DNA from: Phoronis australis
Taxonomy: Eukaryota; Animalia; Phoronida
Length of the DNA: 64,000 nt
Reading direction: 5' to 3'
Assembly: GCA_002633005.1 (NCBI GenBank)
Contig: NMRA01000621.1
Span: 58,168-122,167 of the forward strand
The notes under the pieces were generated by a model that did no database searches, was not told where the DNA came from, and was given only the letters and a program-made list of their open reading frames with translations. Below are positions 1 to 14,342 of the stretch, one piece after another (within the stretch, counting starts at the first letter, position 1; each line of letters opens with the position of its first letter). A program made the position numbers and the translations under genes.

Positions 1-2578
1 GAGTAGGCTCGCCACGTACTGCCAAACTGTTCGACAAACAACATTTCGTGTTAATCGATGGCATTTCGTGAGTCTGCGCTCAAAAATGGCTTACAAAGTA
101 AATGAATGCCTATTTAGCTTGGACTAGAGTGTCCCGTACGCATTGCAGCCGACTTCTCAGCGGTCGAATATTTTTTTAATTACTGTTAAAACGTCGACTA
201 GTGAGAAGAAAAACGTGAATTTATCGTTCCCCTTCAGTTTTCTTGCCTTGCCTCCTGCAAAGGGACACTATGTAAGTAATACAATGGAAATTGATCACGT
301 GGGACCGACGACTCCGTTCGTATCAGCCATCATGGCAATTTGCTGTGGGACTCGTGTGTTCACTGAGATGGTGACGACTTTTGAGTCCGTGACCACCATA
401 CTTGACTTCAGACACTACACGAAATATTGACCAATGACATGGCGTGACACTGAAAAAAATATCCGAACGTGGCACCACGGCCGAGTCGAGATTAGGGATA
501 AGTGTGGTATTCACGGATCTTGGCGCACGCTCGATAACGCCAAACACTCGCGAGGCACTTGCGACGAGAATAGTGATGGCAATAGCAAGTTTTCTCTTAT
601 AATACAATATTCTCGGTGGTGGTATTCGTACTTTCGAAGCAATGCATCTTTACCCCACCTGGCAAGCCACATAGTTTATAAACCTTTCTTACGTGCACTT
701 GTGGGGCTTTTCAAGTAAAAAATCCAAAACCTTTGAAGAATTGATAATTCGGCCTTTTTTCTGTAAAACGGTTGCAAACTCGCACTCCATCACCTAAATC
801 GACGTTTGCTTTTGACCACTTATAGTATGAATTTGGTCTCAAACTGAAGATGATCGCACGGTTTCTAAAGAATTGACTCGTGTTTTTGATACAATATGTC
901 TTTCATTGCTGGCGTGTGATATGTTATCAATAATGTCCCTAATCCATTTAATTTCAATCTGCCAGGAAAGGCAGATCTATCTATGTCCGCCACTCAGTCC
1001 AGTTAGTGGTCAACTGAGACCAGTTGTATTTTTCCAAATATGAACACAGTGACGTACCCAGAATTCTGAAAAGTTAAAGTGGTCAATATTTTCGACCAAG
1101 GAATGACGCATTGTTCTCATCAGTTTATTCGCCAAACAAGTGTTATGTAAACCCACGCATCTGCTTCACTGGCAACTGGAGGTGTGTCCAGGGGCCGCAT
1201 TTGTATTGGTTGAACTTTGCGTGATGTAATTGTGTGATTGCGTTCGTGCTTATGAACTAGAAAATTATGTTGACATGTCATTTTTGGCATGTGGCGTGAT
1301 GCGTTCGTCACATATGTGAAACAAACTACTGAGTGTAAACGTTTACCGCAGATCAGGTACGTGTTGAGTTTTGATCTGACAGTAATGTTAGACAACGGTG
1401 TTTGGTGCATTTTGCATTTCATTTTGTTTAAAGCAATTAGACGTTTTCAAGAGAGGTTTGTTTGTGAACCACACGGACCTGTAAATGTTTTGTAGTCCGT
1501 TCTATTCGTTTTCAAATCGTTCAATTACACTTTGCTTTCGTGATAATCATTTTGGTTATCCTTGTGCAAATCCTTGCGCAAATTACTTAGTCATAACACC
1601 ATGGGCGACGCAGCACCGAAATAAGTGCAGCAAAAGCCGCCCTTGAACACCACCTCTGACCTTGTGCACACGTGGGAATCTTGGCATAGACCCATCCGCA
1701 ATTTCCTCTAAGTAGGGCCTCTCAAAATTCAAAGTAAATGCGCATCTTGTGCTCTTGTCACCTTTTATAGCTGGTTTACCTAGTTATATACTTGTTAAGT
1801 GAATATTTGTGGGTCGAGAAAAGCAACACTTTTCTTGAATACGTCGTATTTGTATGTATAAGGAAATGTACTCATGCGCGCACCCAGCCTAAAATATAGG
1901 GGGGCTCTATTTTTGGTATGCGGACCTTTTACTGAAAAAAATCAACGAGGACTAAAAAACGAGGCCTCATCAGGTTCAGGCCTACGAATTGTGCATCCGC
2001 GTCATGTGGACTTTGTGGACTTTTGTCTCGTTTGCTGAGACTTGTTGTTTCGTTAAGGCGAACCCTTTTGCCCAATTCGCCCTGGGTGCGCTGATGTGTA
2101 CTGGAGGTGCTGGCTTGTGTTTCATATTTCGAAGGTGAATTTAATGAGACCCAGGACGAATTCCTGTAAATGAAATCCGTCACTCAACTGAGGACCAAAT
2201 GCGAATCACAGTAGTTCTCGTCGATCGTCAGTATTTCCAAAGTAACCGAAAGGGGTGCCTGGATGGCGGAAGCGTTTGTAGCTTTTGGCCTTGTGCTAAT
2301 CAGCTCAAAACCAGAGAAGTTATTGATGCGTCACGTTCGTGAGCCTGCATTCCATGTAGAAACGAATGAAAGACCACTATCTCGCGAGCTAACTCGGTAC
2401 CTGACACGCGTACACAAGCAAAATGTCCGACACCGAAGAGATTGGTCTGCAAGGTTAGAATGTTGAATTACGAGATAAAAAGATTTGAAGATTTCTCGCC
2501 GTTAGTGCCTCGCGAGTGTCTTACGTTTACGGAACACATTGCGGATGCTATACCTTGCATTGTTCACAGAGGGCGTGT

Positions 2579-2703
2579 GTTCAGTAACGCTAGGACTTAC
2601 TATAGGACCTAGCTAAAATCTAGTCAAAGTCAAGTACACGACAATATCTCACGTAATCTCGCGAAGTCTTGCTTTTCAGCGAGGTCCTAGCGTTAGTTAC
2701 TGA
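2579..2703 (+). mobile_element. MITE family A copy
   Basis: TIR GTTCAGTAACGCTAGGA...TCCTAGCGTT, internal CAATATCTC..GCGAAGTCTTGCTTTT. Confidence 0.7.
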
Positions 2704-3090
2704 TCGGGAGGCGGATGTGCAATCGTCAAACCAGGTGACAGTCGTCATGGGAACTATCGGAAGGCATATTCAACTTATCGGGTTTCCTTCAAAAATAGCT
2801 GCTCATTTCCCTATGCTATTGTGAATTGATTTCATATGAATTGTAGGGCTTCTGCTTATCCGAAATAAGCTGATAAGTATTTTGAAATTTGCCAAGTTGG
2901 CTCCCATGGAATATTGCATTTTGTTATATAATGATAGCTACACAGTCGTATCGCCTGCCTCTATGCTGTTGGGTTGATTAGCTCAGGCTGTTTCCGCATT
3001 ATAACCTCTGTTGTGATGAGATGTCCGCGGCAAAGTAGAATCGTGATCCAGAGCAATTCAGGGATTTGATTGTGTGAAAAATCAGCCTTC

Positions 3091-3160
3091 GGACTACTTG
3101 GCACGTTAGCGGCCTGCCTAATGACGGACTACTTGGCACGTTAGCGGCCTGCCTAATGAC
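3091..3160. repeat. 35-bp perfect tandem duplication
   Basis: GGACTACTTGGCACGTTAGCGGCCTGCCTAATGAC x2. Confidence 0.9.
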
Positions 3161-3532
3161 ACGATTTCGTCAACTCTTCCTTGTGGAATATTGATACTGG
3201 CCGCGCCTCACCTTCCCGTTGAGAAGGAGTCGAGGGGTCTCGACCTGATGAATGTTTTGTCGCAGTGTCATGTGGTTTCGCACAGCGTGCGATGATGGTG
3301 CTGCTGCGTTTCGGTGGAACTGCATTTCCTTTGACCGACCTTGCGCGGCTGCATGTACGGTCACGGAGCCATTGGCGTTGTGCGTTTCCGTAAAGTAAAT
3401 GTAATATAAGATATTATGTGTAGCTTATGTGGGTTTTGTGTCATGTAAAAATATTTGAAATTGTAATTTTACATGTGTGCACTATCACCCTACCGCAAAT
3501 AACGCGTCTGCCATTGCGTCACACTCATCATC

Positions 3533-3700
3533 ACAGTTTTTTCTGTGTGCACACTTGATTGACTTCGCCGGGTTAACAGGTTAAGACAGCTGATTGGTTC
3601 ACAATGACGACTTCCGGCTTTTAAACCAATCAAAATGCCTTAGCCGATTGACCCGGCGGAGCCGACAAAGGGGCAATCAAGTGCAGACAGGAAACACGGC
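3533..3700. mobile_element. Imperfect hairpin MITE
   Basis: CACTTGATTG..CGCCGGGTTAA..TGATTGGTT / AACCAATCA..TTGACCCGGCG..CAATCAAGTG. Confidence 0.55.
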
Positions 3701-3799
3701 TCACGGATCATTCAACTCGGTTCCCCGACTTAGCCGATCTAACGTATTTTGTTAATTGTCTTGTATGCAATCGAAAGAAAACTTTGTTTTCCTAAACTA

Positions 3800-4015
3800 A
3801 TACTGTGAATGAATTCTGTGAAATTTTGTACCGAATATAAAGAGGTGTGCATGTAAACATAGTCAAGTGAATTATGTGGTGGACAAACAGAAATAAATGC
3901 ATTTCATCTTTGACAGATTCTAAATAACAATATAAACATATTCTGTCTCCAAATGGTGCGTTTACATACATGTACACGTTCATGCGATTTGTGCACGGTA
4001 CTTCAATCCTCAGGA
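3800..4015 (-). mobile_element. Non-LTR retrotransposon ORF2 3' remnant (CCHC knuckle)
   Basis: LRIE...PFGDRICLYCYLESVKDEMHLFL matches the R-C-x2-C...EDExHFL-C pattern typical of LINE ORF2 C-termini. Confidence 0.6.
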
Positions 4016-4339
4016 ACTGCTACAATTCCGAGATGTGTCTCTTGTCATGCGTGCAACAAATAAAATATTTTAGCTGACATTTTCACGTCTCTGCGACTGT
4101 GACTGATGAACTGAGCGAACCATTAACGTGCAAAATATTCCTCAAAATTTTTGATTTCGCGTCTTTTGAATTATCAATAGTAATCGTGTCCTCAGTGTGC
4201 AACGCGAAAAGACACAAGATATTCGATAGGAAATAAAACGTCTTATACGAATTTTGCCAACTATCTTTGAACTCGTTGTTTGTAATTCAGATGTAAAATT
4301 ACCTTAGAGGCATGTTATCGGTGAGAAAAATGATTTAAC

Positions 4340-4625
4340 CTCAGTGCGGTATCGAATCTACAATTCCGGCGGTCGCTGTCGAACGCTCTAGTGGCGAAAC
4401 TGAGCCTCACAAGCTAAGCCCCATTTGATAAGTGCCAGAGTAGAATCACCAGTCTTGGCTTCAGCGAATGCCAGGCAGATAACGGCAAGAATTGGCGATT
4501 TGTAATTTAAGTCAAAAAACACGAAGGATTGTGCTGTTTATAGCTTTGGTAAGGGCTATTAACTTCAAGAAGTCTATCCCATCCAACATTTATCTCAAAA
4601 CGGCGTTTCACGCCCGTGAAATTAG
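4340..4625 (-). repeat. Diverged interspersed repeat with a decayed tRNA-like end, shared with 53500-53710
   Basis: Shared AAAAACAC..GGATT and AAGTCTATCCCATCC blocks in the same order, next to a B-box-like segment. Confidence 0.5.
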
Positions 4626-6095
4626 TCCCTTGAAACCTGCATTTCGCCTTGTTTAGACAAAATAGGTCTGACTCGATATTTCCGTTACCTACTCGTGACA
4701 ATGCGCTGCATTGGAATTTTAGGTATCGCCAGATGCCAGCCCTAGTGAACTCTGAAACGTTTTCTTGAGTCGCTGATGTTTTCGATGTTCTTTTTGGAAC
4801 GGAGATTGAATTCGTTTTTTCGGAAAATCAAAAATAACAGCCTGGCAGCGCGTGCAGATGGATGGATTATGACGACAGGGCACAGTAGAGATTCAGTCGT
4901 CACTTCAACATGTGCATTTCGCCCTGTTTAGCTGTCTAAAAACAAAAAATCGATTTTGGCATTTTACTCTCATAAAACTGGTCTCACAATGTTCCTTAGT
5001 GCGCTAGGATTCTATCTCAAAAACAACATAATTGATCTTTCTGTTCAAGTCAGTGTTATCGTCAATTACATGCATCGCCAATTATTATTGTTGGCCGTTT
5101 TGTCCGTCTTTCAAGTAATCATTTCGATAATTTTGCACCGGATGACACCAAATGACTGACGTGGTCGGCCGGGCGATTCGCAATATTTGTTTAAGATGTT
5201 TTGCAATCTGTTACAGTATTAAGTACGCTCAGGCAATTTTGTTAATCAGTTGCACATTTTGCTGGATTATCACGCGGGGACAATTGACCTTACTACTTTG
5301 GTAATTCTTGGGCATAATCAGATGCAGATTTGTGCGTCAATGTTTAGGCACTCGTGTCCATAGAACGGCAAGACACGTGTCAAATTACATATAAATATGT
5401 GTCTGCTTTTACTAGCTGTCAGTAAAAAGAATAAGATTCTTGATAATTGTTATTTATGCCTTGCAACTTGAGACACATGCTTTTACAACTGTGTATCATC
5501 AGAAAGGGCTTGCCAGTGTTCCTTCCTCTCGAACCGCACGGACTAACAATGTTCTTTCGTGAACAGTAGGTCATTAGAAAAGACCAAAGCGAAAACCAGT
5601 GAGCAGCTGTGGACTTCGTTGATGTAATCTCTTTATCCTGGTTTAAACGCTAGATGGCGCGGTAGCTACCCAGTCTGCCTATCCCGTTAGAGAAGAGCCT
5701 TCGGAAAATCTCATTGTCCGAGAATCTTTATAGACGGTGTTGACGTGGTGTCACTTTAACATTACAGTAACTAACTAATTCAAATCTGCCTGTCAAAATG
5801 GGTATTAAACGCACAAAAACATGGGACTGTGCAAATGACATCTGCCTACGTCAATTCCGCCGGTGAATGCACCAGGACGACAAACACTTGAGAATGTTCG
5901 TAAATTGTAGGACACCTTGTCAATCAAAGCTTTATTCGACGGTGTCATGCCTTCCATACTCATACGCGATGCTTTTTTATGAAATTTTATTTCTAGTTTA
6001 GACCAAATAAAGCATTGTACCTCAACTCATTAGACCAATTTCTCCTTACTGCTGTTCCTTTCTCACGTGACGTGATTTTTGTACTTCGAAAAAGC

Positions 6096-6165
6096 CTCGC
6101 TGGTTCCCTGCGTGCTTAGCCCAGCCAGCTACCGCCCCATCTAGCGGCACGCAGGAACCAGCGAG
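6096..6165. mobile_element. Minimal hairpin derivative of the 16933-17845 element
   Basis: CTCGCTGGTTCCCTGCGTGC...GCACGCAGGAACCAGCGAG; shares subterminal GCTTAGCCCAGCCAGC with the larger element. Confidence 0.7.
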
Positions 6166-6252
6166 CGAAAAAGCTGGCAGTTCATTATTGCTTGAGAACT
6201 CGAGGCGCATAACATGGCCCACGTCATTATAACAACCCAGCTTGGAATTGAA

Positions 6253-6383
6253 AGTTCAGTAGCTGCCTCGCGGCTAGAAAAATCTAGCGAAAATCGCGCG
6301 TTCACATTTAAAATACACGGCAATATCTCGCGTAATCTCACGAAGTCTTCCTTTTCTAGCGAGGTTCTAAAGTTAGTGAACTC
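6253..6383 (+). mobile_element. MITE family A copy
   Basis: Same termini and internal motif, diverged. Confidence 0.65.
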
Positions 6384-9202
6384 TGCCATGACCTCAAGCG
6401 ACAACGACTTCTCAGCTCTTCACAAGCCCAAAAATGACGTCATATTCAACTAAGGAATACGTTGATAGCACATTAATAATAGTCGTCTTGACAGAAGGTT
6501 GCAGCTTTCACCCTAAATATCACAGAAAATACGCTTGATCCAGACATGTGGCAAAACAAAGTCCCGTTTGAATCGTGATCGACTTGTGATTGGTTGCACG
6601 TTGCAAACATCTGGTCAATAGATTCTAGTCATAACAAGTCGCAAGTTGTCCTTCCCAAAAACACCCCTCAGTTCGCCATTCATGACTTTAACCACAACTT
6701 GTAATATGAAGGCTACGAACGTGTGCCGAGAAATATTGAAACCACTTGCGACATCGTGTAAAAACATTCGGCTATAGGCAGTGCCCGCTAAATCTAAAAA
6801 TAAAACAACGAAGTGTAACTTCTTTACGTGGTGTTTGTGCAAGCCACCCGGTTTGTCAGTGAATGAAATCGTGTGGCCACAATTACAATATTCGCAGACT
6901 CGGAGTACACTATCAAGTGTCAAACGGTTCTTTAACAAGTACCTTTAGGCGCGTATCCGGCGCGCGCTGAATATACTTAATCAACGGGCATCGGAGGAAG
7001 TTGCCGTATTGCGGCGCTGTGAGGGTAAAGTTATGAAATATTCTGTCATGAGCTGTTTTGTGTTGTGCTGGTCCGTCATTTCCCGCCTGGCTAAGTCCCG
7101 GGCTCAGCTTTCCGTCCCCTCGGGTCAAATGCACAAATAACAAAGGAGCCCGACTCCATGTCACCGGCCCAGGCTCTCAGCTGATTGTTTTTTCCAATTC
7201 AATGGTTGCCTAGGGACGAATCTACTGTTTCATCTCTCACGAGTTCATTTATTTTCCTCCTCTTCACAATTGTTTTGGTCTTCTAGCTATGAAGACTTGC
7301 ATTTCTTGTCAGCCTAGGAGCTGTTCAGGGCATAAAGAAATTTGATCACAGGGAATTCCTTTGTCTGTCAGTGAATAATTTCGTCCATAACTGTTGTGAA
7401 TAGTTCTGCACACATGTGCAAATGTTGAGCCCTGTTTATTTGTACTCTCATCGTACTTACTTAGTTAGTTAGTCAGTTACTTACTTACGAAAACACCATG
7501 TTTACCTATGTTCTATACATCCGTGCTGGTTCTTCTAAGAACTGTGTAACTCCTGAAGATGGCCAGACAAATTACCGGTCGAAACGTCGTCCCAGCGTAA
7601 ATAGACCAGAGGTTGGTGTAAATTAAATAGATTTTAGAACAGATGTTACCCTGTTTAAGACATGCACTAAAACTAAGTACATCCACCTGCGCCTATAAGT
7701 TTAAACTTTGGAGAGAACCTGTACTTGAAATACTCAAGACCTATTATTTCGGATGTAGACGCATGTGTGCCTTAATTAATAATGAGCTCATTTTAAACGA
7801 CAAACTAGTGCACAGTTAATTATGCAAATATGCAAAGTAATGATTGCTAAGCACTGTTTTGTAAACTCTCAGTGAAAGGAATACTTCGGTCTTGTGTATT
7901 CCAATGAGTTTGACAGAAACCTTTTCACGATTGTAAACCAGTGCTGCTTACCAAACAGCTATTCCTGTTTCACTGTCCAATGGGAATCGCAGAAATTTAT
8001 AGGTCAATAATTTGACCTGAGTAAGGGCCGGCCTTTTGCCCTCATCCCTTGTGTGTCTTATTTCCCGTTGTGTAAATGTAGTTGGAGGATTGCTTGTTGC
8101 ATAAGATTTTATGTTGTGGTTAAGCTTGTCAAAATGGTTATTAGATATTGACTCGTTATAAGCATGGGTCTTTATAGGCTGACAGTGGTAGGCCTATACA
8201 GCGTGGGCTTCAGAGTGTGGACTGTATTTGAGAATGGGTTTTGATGCGAGCCTTTCCGTCCACGTTTCAGACATAATGCACTTCTGAAATATGAATGGAA
8301 TGACTGTTCACTTATAAGACATGCCCGCTGCCGTCTTTGCCACCGTCCATTAAATTTGAGTGTATGATTTTAGAATCAATGCTTTAATTTGGTGGCTAAG
8401 TTGCATAAGCAAGGTTTATTATTAATAACACGGTGTTTTCACTATTACCAACTGGCTTCTTGCAAGTATTTTGAAACTAATTATGACTTCATTTTAGATT
8501 GGCTTGTAAACGACAACTGCATTTAATGGTTTTAGGTAGTCAAATATCTTGATCACTGCAGCAAAGTTAAACTGTCAGATTTTCAAGGTGACTGACAACT
8601 CTGCAAAACTGTGCGAAATTCCATAGATTGAACCTTTGCGCAAAATTGATTGCATAGCGTTAGCATTTACAGTCCTGCAAACCATGTCATTTGCATTTTT
8701 GCAAGAATGCTGTTATCTCTTTTTTTGTCAATTTCAATGGTTATAATTAAAGTGTGCAACGCGGTAACTTGTTGACCAAGGAGCCTTTGTGTCCTTTGTG
8801 TGGTGCCCAGATGAACCCCGGGCAGAAATTGACCAATGGCAATCGAGAAAATTTGAATGGCATGCGCAGTAACCGCAAAGAAAACAGCTGATCAGCTTGA
8901 CCTCGATCTTCTTAGTCATTTTTCCGAACCAACAGTTATGGTGTATCAGCTGATAACGATGGTCGGTTTGTTTAGTCACTGTTGATCTTGTTCATAAAAA
9001 TTGGTGTTCCACTGAAGCTGGATATCCATACAGATCCGTCAATGTTCGTGAAGAACTGTTATGTGCTAGCGATCGTCAGGTACGAAAGCTGATCTGGGTT
9101 ACGTCACGAATTCGTTATCGAAATTTCGCAAATTCTGGTATCAGCGATACGATAAGAAATTCCGAGTGATTTTTTCGCTCAGTTTAGACTTGAAATAGGC
9201 AA

Positions 9203-9229
9203 ATGTTGCCGACATGGTCTTCGGGTAAG
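9203..9229 (+). CDS. Candidate upstream first exon of the SLC16 gene (MLPTWSSGK)
   Basis: ATG 9203 followed by a strong phase-0 donor AAG|GTAAGA that would join in frame to the acceptor at 15280 (ADN-MTV). Upstream region is CpG-rich with CCAAT and a CRE-like TTACGTCA. Confidence 0.35.
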
Positions 9230-12200
9230 GTAAGAAGTCTGTACCTCGCAAAATTTGACGTCGTGTCCTGTGTTTTAACGCTTTATTTTGCCGCTCTTCT
9301 TGAATCTATCCATCTTTAATTTCATGGACGTGGCGTGATCGCTTGGCAGCCGACATTTTCTTGTGCTTCGCGTCTGTTTTGGTTAAAAATCAACTCGAAC
9401 ACTTTGTGAACGTATGTTGGGTTTCATTTACATTACTAAATGCACAAATATGCATGAAAATTTCAGTAGCTGTGGATAATTGACCCTTGATGAAAGTTGA
9501 TAACCGCAACCGGCATTATACACGCTTAACAACGGCCTACGGCATCCAAGGCGATGTATTGCCTGTAGGCCTACTGGTGTCAATTGGTATCCACAAAGAA
9601 AATTTCATTCTTAAATAAATTATTCAATAAATTAACTTCAATTGCGAGTTTATATTCTGTCATACTCAATAATAATCTCGGTATTTAAAAGAAATTTTGC
9701 TCAATTGCAAGGTGAATTGTTTTTCAACATAATAAATTTTTGACTTGGTTGATGAGAGAAAAAATACTCAACTATTATTACCCTATCAGGTGAAATGATC
9801 CCTTTGTCACGCGTTGTTATCTTTGTTTTCTGGGTTGCCGTTGTTGTAGACCTTTATGTTTTTGTTTGAGAATTCTAGTCAAAGGTTGGTTTATTTTATG
9901 TTTAATTTTTACCGTTAATATTCATTCACAGAACTCGACGAACGCATCTATTGTATTTATAAACTAGCGAAACTCTCATTTCATTCTTTTCGATATCTGT
10001 TACTTCTGAATTTGCAAGAGTAATGTACAGGACATGACAATGTCGTCTTCCTTAACATGCCGGTCGGGCAAGTAAACCAAAAACGTCACTTGCGCGAAGG
10101 AAAAACTTGCTGAATTAAGTTGAAAAGCCTTCAATTCAACAATCACCAGATGTTTGCAAGTTCTTTTTTGTGCTGTTATTCACTGTTCAAATCAACTAGT
10201 CAATGGGGATTTGTAATTCCACTTGCCCGATAGTTTCCTACCGTTGGGACCGGGCTGTTGTTGGTGTAGGGCTTAGAATTTCCTTCTTGGTATTTATTTC
10301 TATGTTCGTTGGTTATGATATGTCACCACGACACAATGTTTTTGACACGGGAATGCTTATCGACAGATTTGAACTTAACTAATTTAGCGCATTTTTTGCA
10401 TTTGTTTTAATAGAAAAATTACTTTTACTGGCATTTTAACTTGAGGTTATGGTAGGAAATCTCCAGGTTTATGGTGTTTGTGACTCACTACGCGACGTTT
10501 CATTAATATACCAACATGAATTTCTTATATTTTTACCATTAAAGAAGTTCTGTTGTGAACATTTTAATGGGTTTTGAAGTTCAAACTCGTATAGACGTTG
10601 TTCCCATAGTGGTCAGGGGCTCAAACTTAGACGTTACAGTGACAAGCCCCATTTATCGTGTGAATGCCCAAAAAGATTCCCCCTGTATGTTCGTTTTCGC
10701 AAATTTTGGTGACATTGAAATCGCGTGCATTTGGTTCTTGGTTCAAATTTTTATTGTGAACGTGTTGGCATTGAACAACACTTGGTCACGCGTGTTCCTT
10801 GTAGTGAATTGCGCAGTGAAAAACGCCCGACAAAAGGCATTGATATTGCGTGATATCGCATATGGTAAACTGTTGGGGTTATCATTCACCAACTAGGTGA
10901 GGAATTATAGGAATTATGAACGTCTGAAAGAAGTGTATGATGGTAGTTTTTGGTTGGGCAGCTATCGACATGTTGGAATCCCTAGTTAATACCTAACGTG
11001 CCTTTCGAGTATTTGTAATATTGCTTTGTTTTCGTCAACTGGAGTACTTAGTATGTTGGACTCAACGTAATATTGTCCATGTCAGTATTAGTAGGATCTA
11101 GTAGTGTTTAAGCTTGTTTAATTCTTTGACGCAGTTATCGGATTTTTATGTCGCAGTTAACATAAAAGCGATACTTGATTATGGGTAATAGCGCTTGAAC
11201 TCGGTCAAAATTCAATTCATTTCTATACCCAATATCTCCTGCTCAAAATGGCGTCGTATTAGTTGCGTAACTTACCGTAGCCCCAGGGTCGTGGCAGTGT
11301 CAAATTATTGCCAAGAAATTCCTCGCTGACACGACGATAATGAAAGCCCCCTATTCTCAAATCGTTATCTAAATCACCAAATGGGGCTTTGAATTTATTC
11401 ACCCTCGATTAGTGCCTCTTGGACAGATATTCGTCAATTTGTGGAAGGGTTTGTTGGAACTTTGACATTAGGTTTCTTGTAGATCTTGTTAGGGAACTAG
11501 TTGTGTTGTGATTTGATTTGTATTGTAGTTTGATTGTGAGGACAAATATATGAAAATTATTGCACCAGATTTGTGTTTCTGCCTTTCGAATGACGGGTTA
11601 TGCCCGGAACTCGATATGAATTTCCCTGCTTGTTTTTAAACTCTATACGAAAACGACCGTCGACCGTTAAACTGCTGATGGCATGCGTTTTCACTTCAAA
11701 AATTGCACAAAAACGGCTAACGGTTTCGTCTCATAGTTTTAAGCACTCAAATTTCTTTCATCCTGTGGTCAAGTTGACGTAGTCTGTGACGAGTTAATAT
11801 TTTAGCTGCCGACGCAAAGCTATGTGACTATGTCTTACGGAGTACCCTGTCCTTAACTGAAAAAATTTGTAGTTGTGTATTTTTAACTCGTTTTGCCTCG
11901 TCCCAGTAACTAAAATAAGTCATAATAAGCTTGCAAGAATGAAACGTTATCAACTTGAGCAAGTCTGTGCAGTTTGTCAAATATCTCAAAGTAGAACGCT
12001 TGTGTAACTTTAGCTTTATACTAATCTTTTATTATTAATTGGGTCACTTGATCATGTTTTAGTACAATCTGCATAGAAAGGATGGTATGTAATAACATGG
12101 TCAAATTTCAATTGATTTAATCTTCAAGATATAACGAAGTCTCAAAAACGATATTGCAGTTTTCTAAAATTGCACTTATTTCGTTTTCGGTTTATGCAAT

Positions 12201-14216
12201 GTGAATTTTTTATAACTAATAGCATCCATAATTTCGATAGGCTCTCGTTCAAAGGTGGAATATTTTAAAAACAATTTCCAATAGCGTTTTGGGGAACAGA
12301 GCATAAAACGTGGTGCGTAGAAGTTCATGTGAATCAGTCATAGCGTGCTGAATTAGCTAAGTTTGTACTTTTATCTGTGATCCTACTCGACACCTTGAAC
12401 TTCTGGAAATGTATGTGTTACCTTAACTCTTTGATTTTGTACTTGAGGGTTTCAACCGTGAACCCCGTAAGAGCTCGATTTTTGTGCACCCTGTAGCCAG
12501 GGTTGAGCCGTGACTCAAGCGGTTAACTATAGGTCAACTCTTTCCAGGCCAGGGACAGGATAAATACGTGCAGGCCAGGGTCAGGCGGAGGTGATCCGCT
12601 GCAGAACACATGCTGTTAACCTGGATTAGTTCTCCATTTTTTGATTTATGAATGTAGGGTAATTGATGTACGCTGCTTGAAAAGTAGCTGGCAATATGTT
12701 AAGCTTGCAGGCTGTGACATAATTATATATTGTCAGATTTGTAGATTTTTATTGGCTGTGCTCAGAAAAGACTCGATGTTTCCTGTCATATGAATTTCGA
12801 AGTTCACGAGGGTTTCTTGGTCAGTTGGAATGGGCTTTATTCTTTGCTGGGTCGTTTTTCATCTGTAGCCATCATAAGCATTAGATACGCACTGTCGTTA
12901 GAAATAAGGGAGCCGGAGACTCGCGTCTCCGCCAAGACGCGGTCAGACTTTCCAACGTTCCTGACCTGTCTGACCGGTATATGATTGTGTACTCATCAAA
13001 ATTGTTTACGGACCCGATGTGTCAGTCAACGTAGGAAAGGAATGAAGTTCTATTGCTGTCGATTGTTGATTAAGATGTTGACTGGTTACTCGGTTTCACT
13101 GTTTGTTATGTAAAGTTAGCCTCATTGTGTTAGGTAGCTCTCGACTTTCCTTAACCTTTAGACGACCCTCGAAATGAGCTGTTATCGGTTGCCAATATTG
13201 CTTTCATTGTTTCTCTGATGCAAGGAACATGTTCACCTGAATGTCATATAATGTATGCCTACCTTTTTAATGAGAATTCTCAGTTCTGAAGTACTTACTA
13301 CTCGATTGATTCGTAATGCGCTTACATCGACAAAAGTTGTATGCCGTCATCTCAATTTAAAGAAAACGGGGATTTTCCAGAACATTTGTTCTTTCTGACT
13401 TTTCTTTTGTATTTCTAATCAAGTTCACGTTGACAAGTTCGCCTCTGAACCAGCTCACTCTTTGTTCTCGGAACATTCTTGTTTCCACTTTTCACATTTC
13501 CATTTTATGCTACGCCATATAACGACAACACCCTGTGGACTATTTATAGACCTGTGGTTAGTGGGGTTCAGCTGGTTATACCGATAATACCTCATTGGCT
13601 GTTTATAATCGACGTACAGGAGTGAGCTTATTTTTTGTTAACTCTTTTTCCGCTGGCAAATATGTTTGCGCTGATTAGGGTGAATGGCCTCGCGACGAAT
13701 GTTTGTTTTTCTTGTAAATTTGTTAAGAGTGTCTAGAGTGCAATGTCACTCGAATTCGGACCAGATGAGCCGCAATAAATGTATGTTTTGCTAGGAATTA
13801 TGGTCTTCGCGGAATGGATTGTTTTTCTGGACAGATAGCCTCAGAAATTTATGGGTGGAGTATTTCAAACTTCGTTGTTGTGACTGCCTTTAATAGCTGT
13901 TTGGGCCAAACAAAGCACCGCTGGTTCTGGTTTTTTACTACTCATTTTGAGATTTTGAGACCTGCTCCACCGACTAAAGACTCCCGCCCGCATCGTGTTC
14001 AGCCAAGGTCACGTGGTTTTTGTTCGCATTTTGATAAGCTGCACAAAGGCACGTAAGCAAGGGAAAGCAAGGTTAGAAACGCCATAACTTACCTGGTGAC
14101 AAAAAAACAAATATCACGTCATTTTTGCTCGTCTTGGTGGATTTTTGGAAAAAAATGAACATCAAAAATATCGCACCACCGACTTCATTTTCAATCAAGA
14201 CACGGAGACCGGGATA

Positions 14217-14342
14217 GAGTTCAGTAGCGCTAGGAACTAGCAACATTTAGCCAAAATCACGTGTTCTCATTTGTAAAACATCGCAATATCTCAAGTATCG
14301 CGAAGTCTTGCTTTTCAGCGACATCCTAGCGTTACTGAACTC
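14217..14342 (+). mobile_element. MITE family A copy
   Basis: GAGTTCAGTAGCGCTAGGA...TCCTAGCGTTACTGAACTC. Confidence 0.75.

Noticed and set aside
323-718. Overlapping ORFs of about 94 aa at the window start
   Set aside because: No recognisable domain, no ATG for the hydrophobic minus-strand frame, and no clear splice context
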